A stretch of 64,000 bases of DNA from Candidatus Latescibacterota bacterium (GCA_965221775.1 CBDCSU010000005.1:1376001-1440000); one strand, 5' to 3'; counted from the first letter of the stretch, positions 27,341-37,431 are shown. The notes: generated by a model from the sequence alone, not told the origin. A program made the numbers and translations.

Positions 27341-29191
27341 GTGGACACCCTGAGCCTGGCCCTGGCCACCACCTTCGCGCCCTTCGCCGCCTGTGTCGTC
27401 TCCCTGCTGTTCCTGGTGGGGCGGCCGCGGCTGGCGCAGGCAGTGGTCCTGGCCGGCGGCGGCGTCTCCCTGCTGGGGGCGCTGGCGCTGCTGGCCGCCG
27501 GGCCGGTGGAGCCTCTGCGCTTCCTGTGGTTCACCAGCGGGCCGGTGGAACTGCGCTTCGGGTTCTGGCTCGACGGCCTGAGCCTGATGTTCGGCGCCGC
27601 CGTCGCCCTGGTGACCCTGTGCGTCATGGTCTACTCGGTGGGCTACATGGGGGGGGACCCCGGGCGGACCCGCTACTTCGCCCTGCTGGGCCTCTTCGAG
27701 TGGTCGATGCTCAGCTTCGTCTACGCCGTCGACCTGCTGCAGTCCTTCATCTTCTGGGAGCTGGTGGGGCTCTCCTCCTTCTTCCTCATCGGGTTCTGGT
27801 ACGAGAAGCCCGCCGCCCGCGACGCGGCGACCAAGGCCTTCGTCATGACCCGCATCGGCGACGTGGGTCTCTTCATCGGCCTGCTGATGGTCCTGCACGT
27901 GGCCGGCGGCTTCGACCTCCCCGCCCTGCTCGACCCGCAGTCGGGGATGGTGCGCACGGCGGCGCCCCTGCTGCTGACCGTCATCAGCCTGCTGATCTTC
28001 GCCGGCATCGCCGGCAAGAGCGCCCAGCTCCCCCTGCACACCTGGCTGCCCGACGCCATGGAGGGCCCCACGCCGGTGAGCGCCCTGCTGCACTCGGCGA
28101 CGATGGTCGCCGCCGGCGTCTTCCTCATGGCGCGGCTGCACCCCCTCTTCATGGCGGCGGACTACGCGCCCTCCGTGATCCTGGCGGTCTCGGCGCTGAC
28201 CGCGCTGGTGGCGGCGACCATGGCCATGGTGGAGAGCGACATCAAGCGGGTCCTGGCCTACTCGTCGATCTCGCAGCTCGGCTTCATGCTCATGGGGCTG
28301 GCCGCCGGCAGCCTCTTCGCCGGCGTCTTCCACCTGGTGACCCACGCCCTCTTCAAGGCGCTGCTGTTCTTGTGCTCGGGGCTCTTCATCCACCACTGCG
28401 GGACCAACGACATGGCGGGGATCGGGCGCGGCGGCGGACGGCGGCTGCGTTTCGCCACCGTCGGTCTGGTCGCCGGCGGCGCCGCCCTGGCCGGGGTGCC
28501 GCCCCTGTCCGGGTTCTTCAGCAAGGAGGAGATCTTCGCCAGCCTCGGCCCCGGCGGCGGAGACCCGGTGACGATGGCAGCCTACGTGGTCGCCTTCCTG
28601 GCGGCGCTGCTGACCGCCTACTACACCTTCCGCATGATCTTCCTGGTGACGCGCCCGGGGCGGATCGAGGCGGCGGGCGGTGACGATGGCCACGGGGGCC
28701 GCGCCGAGCCCCGGGTCATGGCGGCGCCCGTGGCCGTGCTCACCCTCGGGTCGGTGATCGCCGGCTTCTGGGGGCGCGAGATCGCCGCCGGCCTCGGTGT
28801 CGCGTCCGCGCCCCACGGCCTGGCGACGATGGCGCCGGCCCTGGCGGTGGTCGCCCTCGGCGTGGTGTGGGCGTGGCTCGACTTCGGCCGCGCCGGGGCG
28901 CCGCGCACCGGCTCGGTCCGCCGCGTGCCGGCGCTGCAGACATTGTTCGCCCGGCAGTGGTACGTGGACGCCCTCTACCGCGCCGTGGTGGTGCGCATCA
29001 CCGTGCTCGCCGCCCGGGTGCTGCACGCCTTCGAGGTGCGGGGCCTGGACCTCAACTTCGAGCGCTTCGGCTTCGGCATCCTCGGCGCCGGCACCGGCTC
29101 GACGCGTCTGCAGACCGGCTGGGTCCAGTTCTACGGCGGCTGGGCGGTGGTCCTCGTCGGCCTGGTGGCCGCGTACCTGGGGATGCGCTGA
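27341..29191 (+). CDS. nuoL: NADH-quinone oxidoreductase subunit L
   Basis: GKSAQLPLHTWLPDAMEGPTPVSALLHSATMV. Confidence 0.96.
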   Translation: MDTLSLALATTFAPFAACVVSLLFLVGRPRLAQAVVLAGGGVSLLGALALLAAGPVEPLRFLWFTSGPVELRFGFWLDGLSLMFGAAVALVTLCVMVYSVGYMGGDPGRTRYFALLGLFEWSMLSFVYAVDLLQSFIFWELVGLSSFFLIGFWYEKPAARDAATKAFVMTRIGDVGLFIGLLMVLHVAGGFDLPALLDPQSGMVRTAAPLLLTVISLLIFAGIAGKSAQLPLHTWLPDAMEGPTPVSALLHSATMVAAGVFLMARLHPLFMAADYAPSVILAVSALTALVAATMAMVESDIKRVLAYSSISQLGFMLMGLAAGSLFAGVFHLVTHALFKALLFLCSGLFIHHCGTNDMAGIGRGGGRRLRFATVGLVAGGAALAGVPPLSGFFSKEEIFASLGPGGGDPVTMAAYVVAFLAALLTAYYTFRMIFLVTRPGRIEAAGGDDGHGGRAEPRVMAAPVAVLTLGSVIAGFWGREIAAGLGVASAPHGLATMAPALAVVALGVVWAWLDFGRAGAPRTGSVRRVPALQTLFARQWYVDALYRAVVVRITVLAARVLHAFEVRGLDLNFERFGFGILGAGTGSTRLQTGWVQFYGGWAVVLVGLVAAYLGMR

Positions 29192-29194
29192 CCG

Positions 29195-30670
29195 ATGCCC
29201 GTCCTCACCGCCATCCTGCTGTGCCCGGCGGCAGCCCTGGTGCTGGTCCTGCTCGTGCCGGCGAACGCCCGGTCCGCGGTGCGCGCCATCAGCTTGCTGT
29301 CGTCGCTGGCGGCCACCGTCCTGAGCCTGTGGGTGTGGCTCGGCTACGACGCCGCCGCCGGGGGCATGCAGTTCGTCGAGCGCATCCCCTGGGTGGAGCG
29401 CCTCGGCATCTCCTACCACCTCGCCGTGGACGGCTTCACCACCATCCTGGTGATGCTCAACTCCATCGTCTACCTCACCGGCGTCCTCACCATGTGGGAC
29501 CTGGAGGAGCGCGTGAAGGGGTTCTTCGCCTTCATGCTGCTGCTGGTGATCGGCGTCTACGGCGTCTTCCTCTCCCAGGACCTGTTCTTCCTGTTCTTCT
29601 TCTACGAGGTCGCCGTGGTGCCCATGTATCCCCTGATCCTGATCTGGGGCTCGGGCAACCGCGAGTACGCGGCGATGAAGCTGATGCTCTTCCTGCTCGC
29701 CGGCTCGGCCCTGCTCTTCCCGGCCCTGCTGTCGATCTACCACGCCTCCGGCCTGAACACCTTCGACATGGTGGTCCTGTCGCGGCACGCCTTCGACCCC
29801 GACTTCCAGGTCTTCGTCTACCCCTTCGTCTTCGTCGGCTTCGGCGTCCTCGCCGGCCTCTTCCCCTTCCACGGGTGGTCGCCCACGGGCCACGTGGCGG
29901 CGCCGTCGGCGGTGTCGATGCTGCACGCCGGGGTGCTGATGAAGCTGGGCGCCTACGGCATCCTGGCCGCCGGTATCCGCATCCTGCCCCACGGCGCCGT
30001 GCACTGGGCCCCGGTCTTCGCCGTGCTGGCCGCCGTGGGCGTCGTGTACGGGGCCTTCGTGGCCATGCGCCAGAGCGACTTCAAGTTCGTCGTCGGGTTC
30101 TCGTCGGTGTCGCACATGGGCATCGTCATCCTCGGCCTCAACCTCGCCGTCCTCGGCAAGGCCGGGGCTGACGCCCTCAACGGCGCCGTCTTCCAGATGT
30201 TCGCCCACGGCATCATGACGGCCCTGTTCTTCTCCATCGTCGGCTTCATCTACGATCGCTCCCGCTCCAAGACGATCTCCGACTTCGGGGGCCTCGGGTC
30301 GCAGATGCCGCGAGCCGTCTCGGTCTTCATCGTCGCCGGCCTGTGCGGCGCCGGCATGCCCGGGCTGGCCAGCTTCTGGGCCGAGCTGCTCGTCTTCCTC
30401 GCGGCCCTCAAGACCTACCCGGTCCTGGGGGTGGCCGTCATCGCCGGCCTCGTGCTCACCGCAGTCTACGTCCTGCGCGTGTTCTCCCTGGCCTTCTTCG
30501 GGCCCGTCAACGAGCGCTGGAACGGCCTGCGCGACCTCGACCTTGCGGGCGTCCACCTGGTGCCGAGGGCGATCCTCATCGCCGTGCTCCTGTTCTTCGG
30601 CTTCTACCCCCGGGCCCTCCTCGACGTGATCGACGGCACCACGGCGGCGATGATCGCCGGCTTCCGATGA
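29195..30670 (+). CDS. nuoM: NADH-quinone oxidoreductase subunit M
   Basis: FPFHGWSPTGHVAAP, LMKLGAYG, SSVSHMG. Confidence 0.95.
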   Translation: MPVLTAILLCPAAALVLVLLVPANARSAVRAISLLSSLAATVLSLWVWLGYDAAAGGMQFVERIPWVERLGISYHLAVDGFTTILVMLNSIVYLTGVLTMWDLEERVKGFFAFMLLLVIGVYGVFLSQDLFFLFFFYEVAVVPMYPLILIWGSGNREYAAMKLMLFLLAGSALLFPALLSIYHASGLNTFDMVVLSRHAFDPDFQVFVYPFVFVGFGVLAGLFPFHGWSPTGHVAAPSAVSMLHAGVLMKLGAYGILAAGIRILPHGAVHWAPVFAVLAAVGVVYGAFVAMRQSDFKFVVGFSSVSHMGIVILGLNLAVLGKAGADALNGAVFQMFAHGIMTALFFSIVGFIYDRSRSKTISDFGGLGSQMPRAVSVFIVAGLCGAGMPGLASFWAELLVFLAALKTYPVLGVAVIAGLVLTAVYVLRVFSLAFFGPVNERWNGLRDLDLAGVHLVPRAILIAVLLFFGFYPRALLDVIDGTTAAMIAGFR

Positions 30671-32094
30671 CCGACCTCGTCCTCTTCCTGCCCGAGACGG
30701 TCTGCCTGCTGGCGGCGCTGGCGGTCTTCGTCGCCCAGGTCGCCGGGGCGCGCTATACCGTGGCCTGGGTTCTGTCCCTGGTTGGGGGTCTGGCGGCGGT
30801 GGCCGCCTGCATCCACACCTGGCCGCTGTCGGGGGAGCCCTTCTTCCCCGGCATCTACCGCGTCGACTTCTTCTCGCAGCTGGTGAAGACCTTCCTCGCC
30901 GCCGGCTTCCTGGTGGTGGCCGCCGTGGCCCGGCAGCCGCGCACGACCCGGGAGGAGGCCTGGCCGGAGCTGCCCCTGTTCCTGCTGCTGAGCACGGTGG
31001 GGATGATGATGCTCGTGAGCGCCACCGAGCTGCTCACCCTCTACATCTCCATGGAGCTGTCCGCCTATCCGCTCTACATCGCCGTGGCCCTGCACCGCAG
31101 CCGCGCCGTCAGCGGCGAGAGCTCGACCAAGTACATGATCCAGGGGATGGTGGCCTCGGCCGTGTCGCTCTACGGGCTCAGCTTCCTCTTCGGGCTGGCC
31201 GGGTCGACCTACTTCAACGACATCGCCGCCCAGCTCCCCACCCTGTCGCAGCAGCCCCTGTTCTGGCTGGCCCTGCTGCTGGCCCTGGCCGGCTTCTTCT
31301 TCAAGCTCGCCGTCTTCCCCTTCCACTTCTGGGCGCCGGACACCTACCAGACCGCGTCCCACGAGGTGGCGGCCTTCATCGCCTCGGCGTCGAAGGTGGC
31401 GGCCGTGGCCGTCCTCTGCCGCATCGTCTCCCTGGCCATGCCCCAGGAGGATCCGGCCGCCGCGCGGACGGTGCTCATGTGGATGAGCGTGCTGGCCATG
31501 ACCCTGGGCAACCTGGCGGCCCTGCGGCAGGGGGACTTCAAGCGCCTCCTCGGGTACTCCGCCGTGGCCCACGGCGGCTATGCCCTGATCGGCGTGCAGA
31601 CCCTCGACGGCACCGGGCTGACCTCGGCCCTGTTCTACGGCCTCGGGTACGCCGCCGTCTCCTTCCTCTGCTTCCTGGTGGTCTGCGAGATCGCCCGCGA
31701 CCGGGACCTGGTCTCCATCGAGTCCCTCGCCGGGCTGCACCGGCGCTCGCCGGTGCTGGCGGCGCTGCTGCTGGTGGGCCTCCTCGGCCTGATCGGACTG
31801 CCGCCGACGGTCGGCTTCACCGGCAAGTGGTTCCTGTTCTCGGCGGCCATCGCCCAGGGCCAGTTCGCCCTCGTCCTGGTGGCCGCCGTCAACTCGGCAG
31901 TGGCCCTCTACTACTACCTGCTGGTCATGCGCCAGGCCTACTTCGCCCCGGCCGAGGACGAGGCGCCCCTGCGCGCCGGCGGCGCCTCGCTGGCGGCGGC
32001 GGCCGCGGCCACGGTGGTGGTGCTGGCCATGGGAGCGGCGCCGGGGTGGTTCTGGGACCGGTCGGCGGAGGCGGTGGCGGCGCTGTTGGGGTAG
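30667..32094 (+). CDS. nuoN: NADH-quinone oxidoreductase subunit N
   Basis: FKLAVFPFHFWAPDTY, GLPPTVGFTGK; ATG 30667. Confidence 0.95.
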   Translation: MTDLVLFLPETVCLLAALAVFVAQVAGARYTVAWVLSLVGGLAAVAACIHTWPLSGEPFFPGIYRVDFFSQLVKTFLAAGFLVVAAVARQPRTTREEAWPELPLFLLLSTVGMMMLVSATELLTLYISMELSAYPLYIAVALHRSRAVSGESSTKYMIQGMVASAVSLYGLSFLFGLAGSTYFNDIAAQLPTLSQQPLFWLALLLALAGFFFKLAVFPFHFWAPDTYQTASHEVAAFIASASKVAAVAVLCRIVSLAMPQEDPAAARTVLMWMSVLAMTLGNLAALRQGDFKRLLGYSAVAHGGYALIGVQTLDGTGLTSALFYGLGYAAVSFLCFLVVCEIARDRDLVSIESLAGLHRRSPVLAALLLVGLLGLIGLPPTVGFTGKWFLFSAAIAQGQFALVLVAAVNSAVALYYYLLVMRQAYFAPAEDEAPLRAGGASLAAAAAATVVVLAMGAAPGWFWDRSAEAVAALLG

Positions 32095-32184
32095 AGTCAG
32101 TCCCCGGCCACGCTCGCCTCAGCCGGCGGCGGACGGCTGCACGCCACCTTCCCACTGTTCACGGCGATCAAGTAGATTCAAAGC

Positions 32185-32520
32185 ATGGACCGCGAGACGC
32201 TGCTCAAGCACATCCGGGCGACCCACTTCGAGTCGGGCGACGGCGAGCTGGCCCTCGCCGATGCGCGGCGCATCGCCGCGTACCTGGCTGAACAGGGGGC
32301 GAGCCGGGTCGTCGGAATCGGGTCCGCCTTCGAGCCCTCCCGCCCGTTCACGGACCGCTCGGACATCGACCTCGTCGTCGAGGGCATCGAGCCGGCCCGT
32401 TTCTTCTCGGTCTCCGCCGGCGCCGCCGCCATGACCGATTTCAGGCTCGATCTGACCGCCTTGGAAGTGGCCACCGAGTCCTTGCGCCGCGTCGTCAGCG
32501 AGAGCGGGGTCGAACTGTGA
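32185..32520 (+). CDS. Minimal nucleotidyltransferase (MNT) antitoxin
   Basis: GIGSAFEPSRPFTDRSDIDLVVEG (GS...DxD); 111 aa. Confidence 0.8.
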   Translation: MDRETLLKHIRATHFESGDGELALADARRIAAYLAEQGASRVVGIGSAFEPSRPFTDRSDIDLVVEGIEPARFFSVSAGAAAMTDFRLDLTALEVATESLRRVVSESGVEL

Positions 32521-32987
32521 AACTGGAAGAGGTAGTGGCCCGGAGGCTGGCCGCGGAGATCGAGTCCGAGCTACCGAGCCTTGCGGCCCTGGGCGAGGAG
32601 CTCGCCAAGGCTCCACGGAAGGACGACACCTATTCGGTGAGGGCCCGCGGCTCGATCCTCCACGACTTCTACAACGGCGTCGAACGCGTCTTCCTGCGCA
32701 TCGCGCGGGAGCTCAACGGAGGGGTCCCGCGGGGGGACCAGTGGCATCGGGACCTCGTCGACGACATGACGCTCGAGATCGCCGAGGTCCGCCCGGCTGT
32801 CATCGATCTGGATCTCGCCAGGACTCTCGGGGACTACCTCCGATTCCGTCACCTGTTCCGGAACGTTTACGGAGGCGTTCTGGATGCGGAGCGAATGGCG
32901 TCCCTGGAGAGGCGGTTGCCGGAGACTCTCGCGGCCTTTCGCGAGCGGGTCGAAGCGTTCGTCGCGTGGATGCTGGACCGGGGCTGA
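32517..32987 (+). CDS. HEPN-domain ribonuclease toxin-like protein
   Basis: LHDFYNGVERVF, WHRDL, RFRHLFRNVY; overlaps the MNT stop. Confidence 0.82.
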   Translation: MKLEEVVARRLAAEIESELPSLAALGEELAKAPRKDDTYSVRARGSILHDFYNGVERVFLRIARELNGGVPRGDQWHRDLVDDMTLEIAEVRPAVIDLDLARTLGDYLRFRHLFRNVYGGVLDAERMASLERRLPETLAAFRERVEAFVAWMLDRG

Positions 32988-32994
32988 AGATGCC

Positions 32995-33321
32995 TCAGTC
33001 CTCGGCGGCTCTCTCCAGGACCTGCTGCACCCAGGCGTTCATGCTCAGCCGGTGACGGGCGGCCTGCAGGGCGACCTTGCGATGCAGCTCCGGCGTCGTG
33101 CGCAGCATCAGCTTCCCGGAGAAGGGCTTCTCCGGCGGACGGTCCTGCTCCCGGCAGAAAGCCAGGTATTCCTCGACCGATCGGCGCATCTCGCGCCGCA
33201 GCTCGGCCACCGAGGAGCCGTAGAAGGTGATGATGTCGTTCGTGTTGACCACGGTCCCGTGAAACGAGCCGCTGTCGGGCTCGAAGTCGAAGACGCCGAG
33301 ATATCCCTTGTACTCGATCAT
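32995..33321 (-). CDS. hicB: HicB family antitoxin
   Basis: MIEYKGY...DIITFYGSSVAEL...SVEEYLAFC...PEKPFSGKLMLR..PELHR...SMNAWV. Confidence 0.92.
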   Translation of the reverse strand: MIEYKGYLGVFDFEPDSGSFHGTVVNTNDIITFYGSSVAELRREMRRSVEEYLAFCREQDRPPEKPFSGKLMLRTTPELHRKVALQAARHRLSMNAWVQQVLERAAED

Positions 33322-33428
33322 GGTGTCACCCCTGTACTCTGCAGGAATCGGCGGAGATCCCTCACCGCGCCCCTGCTCATCTCCGGACCCGGATGAGGCC
33401 GGTGGAAGACGGCATGGCGCCGGTTCAT
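33318..33428 (-). pseudogene. hicA: HicA toxin with in-frame internal deletion (36 aa)
   Basis: Manual translation: MNRRHAVFHRPHPGPEMSRGAVRDLRRFLQSTGVTP*. The HicA N-terminus is joined directly to the AVFHRPHP C-terminal half; stop overlaps the hicB ATG. Confidence 0.8.
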
Positions 33429-33434
33429 CCCTTG

Positions 33435-33462
33435 ATGATAGCACAGTGTGATATCTCGTCAA
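33435..33462 (-). promoter_or_regulatory. hicAB promoter with overlapping operator palindrome
   Basis: Minus strand TTGACG-N16-TATCAT with a TGn extension, 6 nt before the ATG; imperfect inverted repeat GATAGCAC-agt-GTGATATC. Confidence 0.65.
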
Positions 33463-33484
33463 CTCCCTGGGGGAGCCCTGACCG

Positions 33485-34885
33485 ATGCTGCTGACGATCG
33501 CCACTACCTGGCGGCCGGCGACCGACCTCGGGTACCTGCTGGTCAAGAACCCGGCCCGCTGCCAGTCCTTCCCGCTGCCATTCGGGCAGGCCCACGTCTT
33601 CTACCCCGAGGCCGGCGAGGACCGCTGCCAGGCGGCGCTGCTGCTGGATCTCGATCCGGTCGGTCTGGTGCGCCGCCCCCGGGGCGCCAACTCGGGCGAC
33701 GGCGGCGCCCTGAGGCAGTACGTCAACGACCGCCCCTACGTGGCGTCCTCCTTCCTCAGCGTCGCCCTGGCCCGCGTCTTCGGGTCCGCCCTCAAGGGCA
33801 ACAGCAAGGACCGGCCCGAGCTCGCCGACACGCCGATCCCCCTCGAGGCGGAGGTCGCCGTGCTGCCCTGCCGCGGGGGCGAGCCGTTCCTGCGGCGCCT
33901 CTTCGAACCGCTGGGTTACGCCGTCGAGGCCCGGCGGCGGCCCCTCGACGAGCGCTTCCCCGAGTGGGGGGAGAGCCCCTACTACCAGGTACGGCTGGCG
34001 GCGACCTGCCGGCTCCGCGACCTGCTCTCCCACCTCTACGTGCTGCTTCCCGTGCTCGACGACGACAAGCACTACTGGGTCGGCCAGGAGGAGCTGGACA
34101 AGCTGCTGGCCCGGGGAGAGGGCTGGCTGTCCTCGCACCCGGAGCGGGAACAGATCGCCCGCCGCTACCTCAAGCACCAGCGCTACTTGGCGCGGGAGGC
34201 GCTGGAGCGGCTCACCGCCGAGGAGGATCCGCCGGCGGGCGCCGGGCCGGACGACGAGCAGGAGGAGGAGAGTCTCGAGCGCCCGATCAGCCTCAACGAG
34301 CAGCGCCTCGCCGCGGTGAGGGAGGCGCTCCGGGAGGCCGGGGCGCGCAGCGTCATCGATCTCGGCTGCGGCGAGGGCAAGCTCCTCAGGGCCCTCCTCG
34401 ACGAAGGCGAGTGCGAGCGCATCGCCGGCATGGACGTCTCCTTCCGCGCCCTGGAGATCGCCCGGGAGCGACTCAGCCTCGAGCGGCGGCCCGCGCCGCA
34501 GCGGGAGCGACTCGAGCTCTTCCAGGGCTCCCTCACCTACCGCGACGACCGCCTCTCCGGGTACGACGCCGCCTGCGCCGTCGAGGTGATCGAGCACATC
34601 GACCCGCCGCGGCTGCCGGCCTTCGAGCGTGTCCTCTTCGAGTTCGCAAAGCCCGCCACGGTCATCGTCACCACGCCGAACGCCGATTACAACAGCCGCT
34701 TCGATTCCCTTCCCGCGGGGCTCTTCCGCCACCGCGACCACCGTTTCGAGTGGACCCGGCGGCAGTTCCGGGACTGGGCGCAGGCTGCCGCCGCCCGCTT
34801 CGGATACTCCGTCCGCTTCCTGCCGATAGGCGAAGAGGACGAGGATCTCGGTGCGCCGACGCAGATGGCCGTGTTCTCGCGATGA
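33485..34885 (+). CDS. hen1: RNA 3'-terminal 2'-O-methyltransferase Hen1
   Basis: MLLTIATT..PATDLGYLL.KNP, QYVNDRPY, DLGCGEG, EVIEH, FRHRDHRFEWTR. Confidence 0.95.
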   Translation: MLLTIATTWRPATDLGYLLVKNPARCQSFPLPFGQAHVFYPEAGEDRCQAALLLDLDPVGLVRRPRGANSGDGGALRQYVNDRPYVASSFLSVALARVFGSALKGNSKDRPELADTPIPLEAEVAVLPCRGGEPFLRRLFEPLGYAVEARRRPLDERFPEWGESPYYQVRLAATCRLRDLLSHLYVLLPVLDDDKHYWVGQEELDKLLARGEGWLSSHPEREQIARRYLKHQRYLAREALERLTAEEDPPAGAGPDDEQEEESLERPISLNEQRLAAVREALREAGARSVIDLGCGEGKLLRALLDEGECERIAGMDVSFRALEIARERLSLERRPAPQRERLELFQGSLTYRDDRLSGYDAACAVEVIEHIDPPRLPAFERVLFEFAKPATVIVTTPNADYNSRFDSLPAGLFRHRDHRFEWTRRQFRDWAQAAAARFGYSVRFLPIGEEDEDLGAPTQMAVFSR

Positions 34886-37428
34886 AGATCACCGTTCCCG
34901 AGCCTTCCCTCGTCGTCCTCGCCGGCCCCTCGGGGAGCGGCAAGTCGACCTTCGCCCGGCGCCACTTCCGGCCCACGGAGGTGATCTCCTCCGACTACTG
35001 CCGCGGCCTCGTCTCCGACGACGAGAACGACCTGTCCGCCACCGGCGACGCCTTCGACGTCCTCCACTACATCGCCTCCAAGCGGCTGGCCGGCCGCCGT
35101 CTCACCGTGGTCGACGCCACCAGCGTCAAGCCGGAGGACCGCGCCGGTCTGATCGCCCTGGCCCGCGAGCACCACCTCCTCGTCGCGGCGATCGTCCTCG
35201 ACCTGCCGCCGCGGCTGTGCCAGGAGCGCAACGAGAGCCGCGACGACCGCGACATTCCTCCCCAGGTCGTGCGCCGCCAGAGCCAGGCCCTGCGCCGCTC
35301 CCTGCGCGACCTCCGGCGGGAGGGCTTCCACTCGGTCACCGTCCTCGGCAGCCCCGAAGAAGCGGACGCGGCCGTCATCGAGCGCCAGCCCCTGTGGCCG
35401 GACCGGCGCGGCGAGAGCGGCCCCTTCGACATCATCGGCGACGTCCACGGGTGTCATGACGAGCTGGTCGAGCTGCTCGCCGCCCTCGGCTGGGAGGTCG
35501 GCTCCGGATCAGCGGGGCCGGAGGCGAGCCATCCCGAAGGACGGAAGGCGGTCTTCCTGGGGGACCTCGTCGACCGCGGGCCCCGCTCCCCGGAGGTGCT
35601 GCGCCTGGTCATGGGGATGGTGGAGGCGGGAACGGCCCTCTGCGTCCCCGGCAACCACGACGTGAAGCTGCTGCGCAAGTTGCAGGGGCGGGACGTGCAG
35701 ATCACCCACGGCCTCGCCGAGACCCTGGAGCAGCTGGAGCGCGAGCCGGCGGAGTTCGCCGGGGAGGCGGCGGCGTTCATCGGAGGCCTGGTCAGCCACT
35801 ACGTGCTCGACGGCGGCAACCTCGTCGTCGCCCACGCGGGCATGGAGGAGGCCCTCCAGGGGCGGGCCTCGGGCCGGGTCCGCGAGTTCGCCCTCTACGG
35901 CGAGACCACCGGCGAGACCGACGAGTTCGGGCTGCCGGTGCGCAACGACTGGGCCGCCGCCTACCGCGGCCGGGCGGCGGTGGTCTACGGCCACACCCCG
36001 GTGCCGGAGGCGGAGTGGGTGAACGGCACGATCAACATCGACACCGGGTGCGTCTTCGGCGGCCAGCTGACGGCGCTGCGCTACCCGGAGAGGGAGATCG
36101 TGCAGGTCCCGGCGCGGCAGGTCTGGTGCGAGCCGGTGCGGCCCCTGGCCGCCGCCCGGGAGGCGGCGGAGTCACGGCCGTACGCGGACCTCCTCGACAT
36201 CGGCGACGTCCTCGGCCGGCGGGTCGTCTCCACCCGCCTGCACCGCGGCGTCGCCATCCGCCAGGAGAACGCCGCTGCCGCCCTGGAGGTGATGAGCCGC
36301 TTCGCCCTCGACCCGCGCTGGCTCGTCTACCTGCCGCCGACCATGGCCCCCTCCGACACCGCCCCCGAGGGGGAGGAGCTCGAGCACCCGCGCGAGACCT
36401 TCGCCTACTACCGGGGCCAGGGGGTCTCCAGGGTGATCTGCCAGGAGAAGCACATGGGATCGCGGGCGGTGATCCTGCTCTGCCGGGACGAGGCCGCGGC
36501 GCGGCGCAGGTTCGGCGCCGGAGACGGCGAGACCGGGGTGGTGTACACCCGCACCGGCCGCCCCTTCTTCAGCGACCCGGACCGCGGCCGGGAGGTGGTG
36601 GCGCGGCTGCGCGCCGCCGTCGAGAGCGCCGGGTTCTGGCAGCGGTTCGACAGCGACTGGATCTGCCTCGACGCCGAGATCATGCCCTGGTCGGACAAGG
36701 CGCAGGAGCTGCTGCGCAGCCAGTACGCCCCCGCGGGGGCGGCGGCCTCGGCCGGTCTCGAGGCCGCCCTCGCCGCCCTGGGGCAGGCCGGGGCAAGGGG
36801 CGGCGGCAGCGACGAGCTGGCCGAGCACCTGCGGCAGCGGCAGGGCTGCGTCTCCCGCTACGTCGACGCCTACCGGCGCTACTGCTGGTCCGTCGACGGT
36901 CTCTCGGACCTCAGGATCGCCCCCTTTCACCTGCTGGCCACCGAGGGCCGCGTCCACAACGGCCAGGACCACCTCTGGCACATGGAGACCCTCGCCGAAC
37001 TGTGCCGGGCGGACGGCGAGATTCTGCTCCAGACGCGCCATCTCCTCGTCGACACTTCCGACGGCGACAGCGAGGAGCGGGGCACCCGCTGGTGGCGGGA
37101 GCTCACGGAGAGCGGCGGCGAGGGCATGGTGGTCAAGCCCCTGGACTGGCTCGCCCAGGGCCGGAGGGGACCGGCCCAGCCGGCCCTCAAGTGCCGGGGG
37201 CGGGAGTACCTGCGGATCATCTACGGCCCCGAGTACACCCTGCCCGGGCAGATCGAGCGTCTGCGGCAGCGGCGCCTGTCGACCAAGCGCTCCCTGGCCC
37301 TGCGCGAGTTCGCCCTCGGCCTGGAGGCGCTGCACCGCTTCGTCGAGGGGGAGCCCCTCTACCGCGTGCACGAGTGCGTCTTCGGGGTCCTGGCCCTGGA
37401 GAGCGAGCCCGTGGACCCGCGGCTTTGA
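34882..37428 (+). CDS. pnkp: Polynucleotide kinase-phosphatase-ligase Pnkp
   Basis: Kinase GPSGSGKST; phosphoesterase GDVHG, GDLVDRG, GNHD; ligase EKHMGSR, EGMVVKP; ends in EPVDPRL. Confidence 0.95.
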   Translation: MKITVPEPSLVVLAGPSGSGKSTFARRHFRPTEVISSDYCRGLVSDDENDLSATGDAFDVLHYIASKRLAGRRLTVVDATSVKPEDRAGLIALAREHHLLVAAIVLDLPPRLCQERNESRDDRDIPPQVVRRQSQALRRSLRDLRREGFHSVTVLGSPEEADAAVIERQPLWPDRRGESGPFDIIGDVHGCHDELVELLAALGWEVGSGSAGPEASHPEGRKAVFLGDLVDRGPRSPEVLRLVMGMVEAGTALCVPGNHDVKLLRKLQGRDVQITHGLAETLEQLEREPAEFAGEAAAFIGGLVSHYVLDGGNLVVAHAGMEEALQGRASGRVREFALYGETTGETDEFGLPVRNDWAAAYRGRAAVVYGHTPVPEAEWVNGTINIDTGCVFGGQLTALRYPEREIVQVPARQVWCEPVRPLAAAREAAESRPYADLLDIGDVLGRRVVSTRLHRGVAIRQENAAAALEVMSRFALDPRWLVYLPPTMAPSDTAPEGEELEHPRETFAYYRGQGVSRVICQEKHMGSRAVILLCRDEAAARRRFGAGDGETGVVYTRTGRPFFSDPDRGREVVARLRAAVESAGFWQRFDSDWICLDAEIMPWSDKAQELLRSQYAPAGAAASAGLEAALAALGQAGARGGGSDELAEHLRQRQGCVSRYVDAYRRYCWSVDGLSDLRIAPFHLLATEGRVHNGQDHLWHMETLAELCRADGEILLQTRHLLVDTSDGDSEERGTRWWRELTESGGEGMVVKPLDWLAQGRRGPAQPALKCRGREYLRIIYGPEYTLPGQIERLRQRRLSTKRSLALREFALGLEALHRFVEGEPLYRVHECVFGVLALESEPVDPRL

Positions 37429-37431
37429 GGG

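Noticed and set aside
27284-30556. Very long antisense or alternative-frame ORFs (e.g. 1090 aa here, 1029 aa at 58474-61563, 798 aa at 6326-8722)
   Set aside because: Shadow ORFs expected at high GC3; they overlap well-supported genes and carry no motifs.
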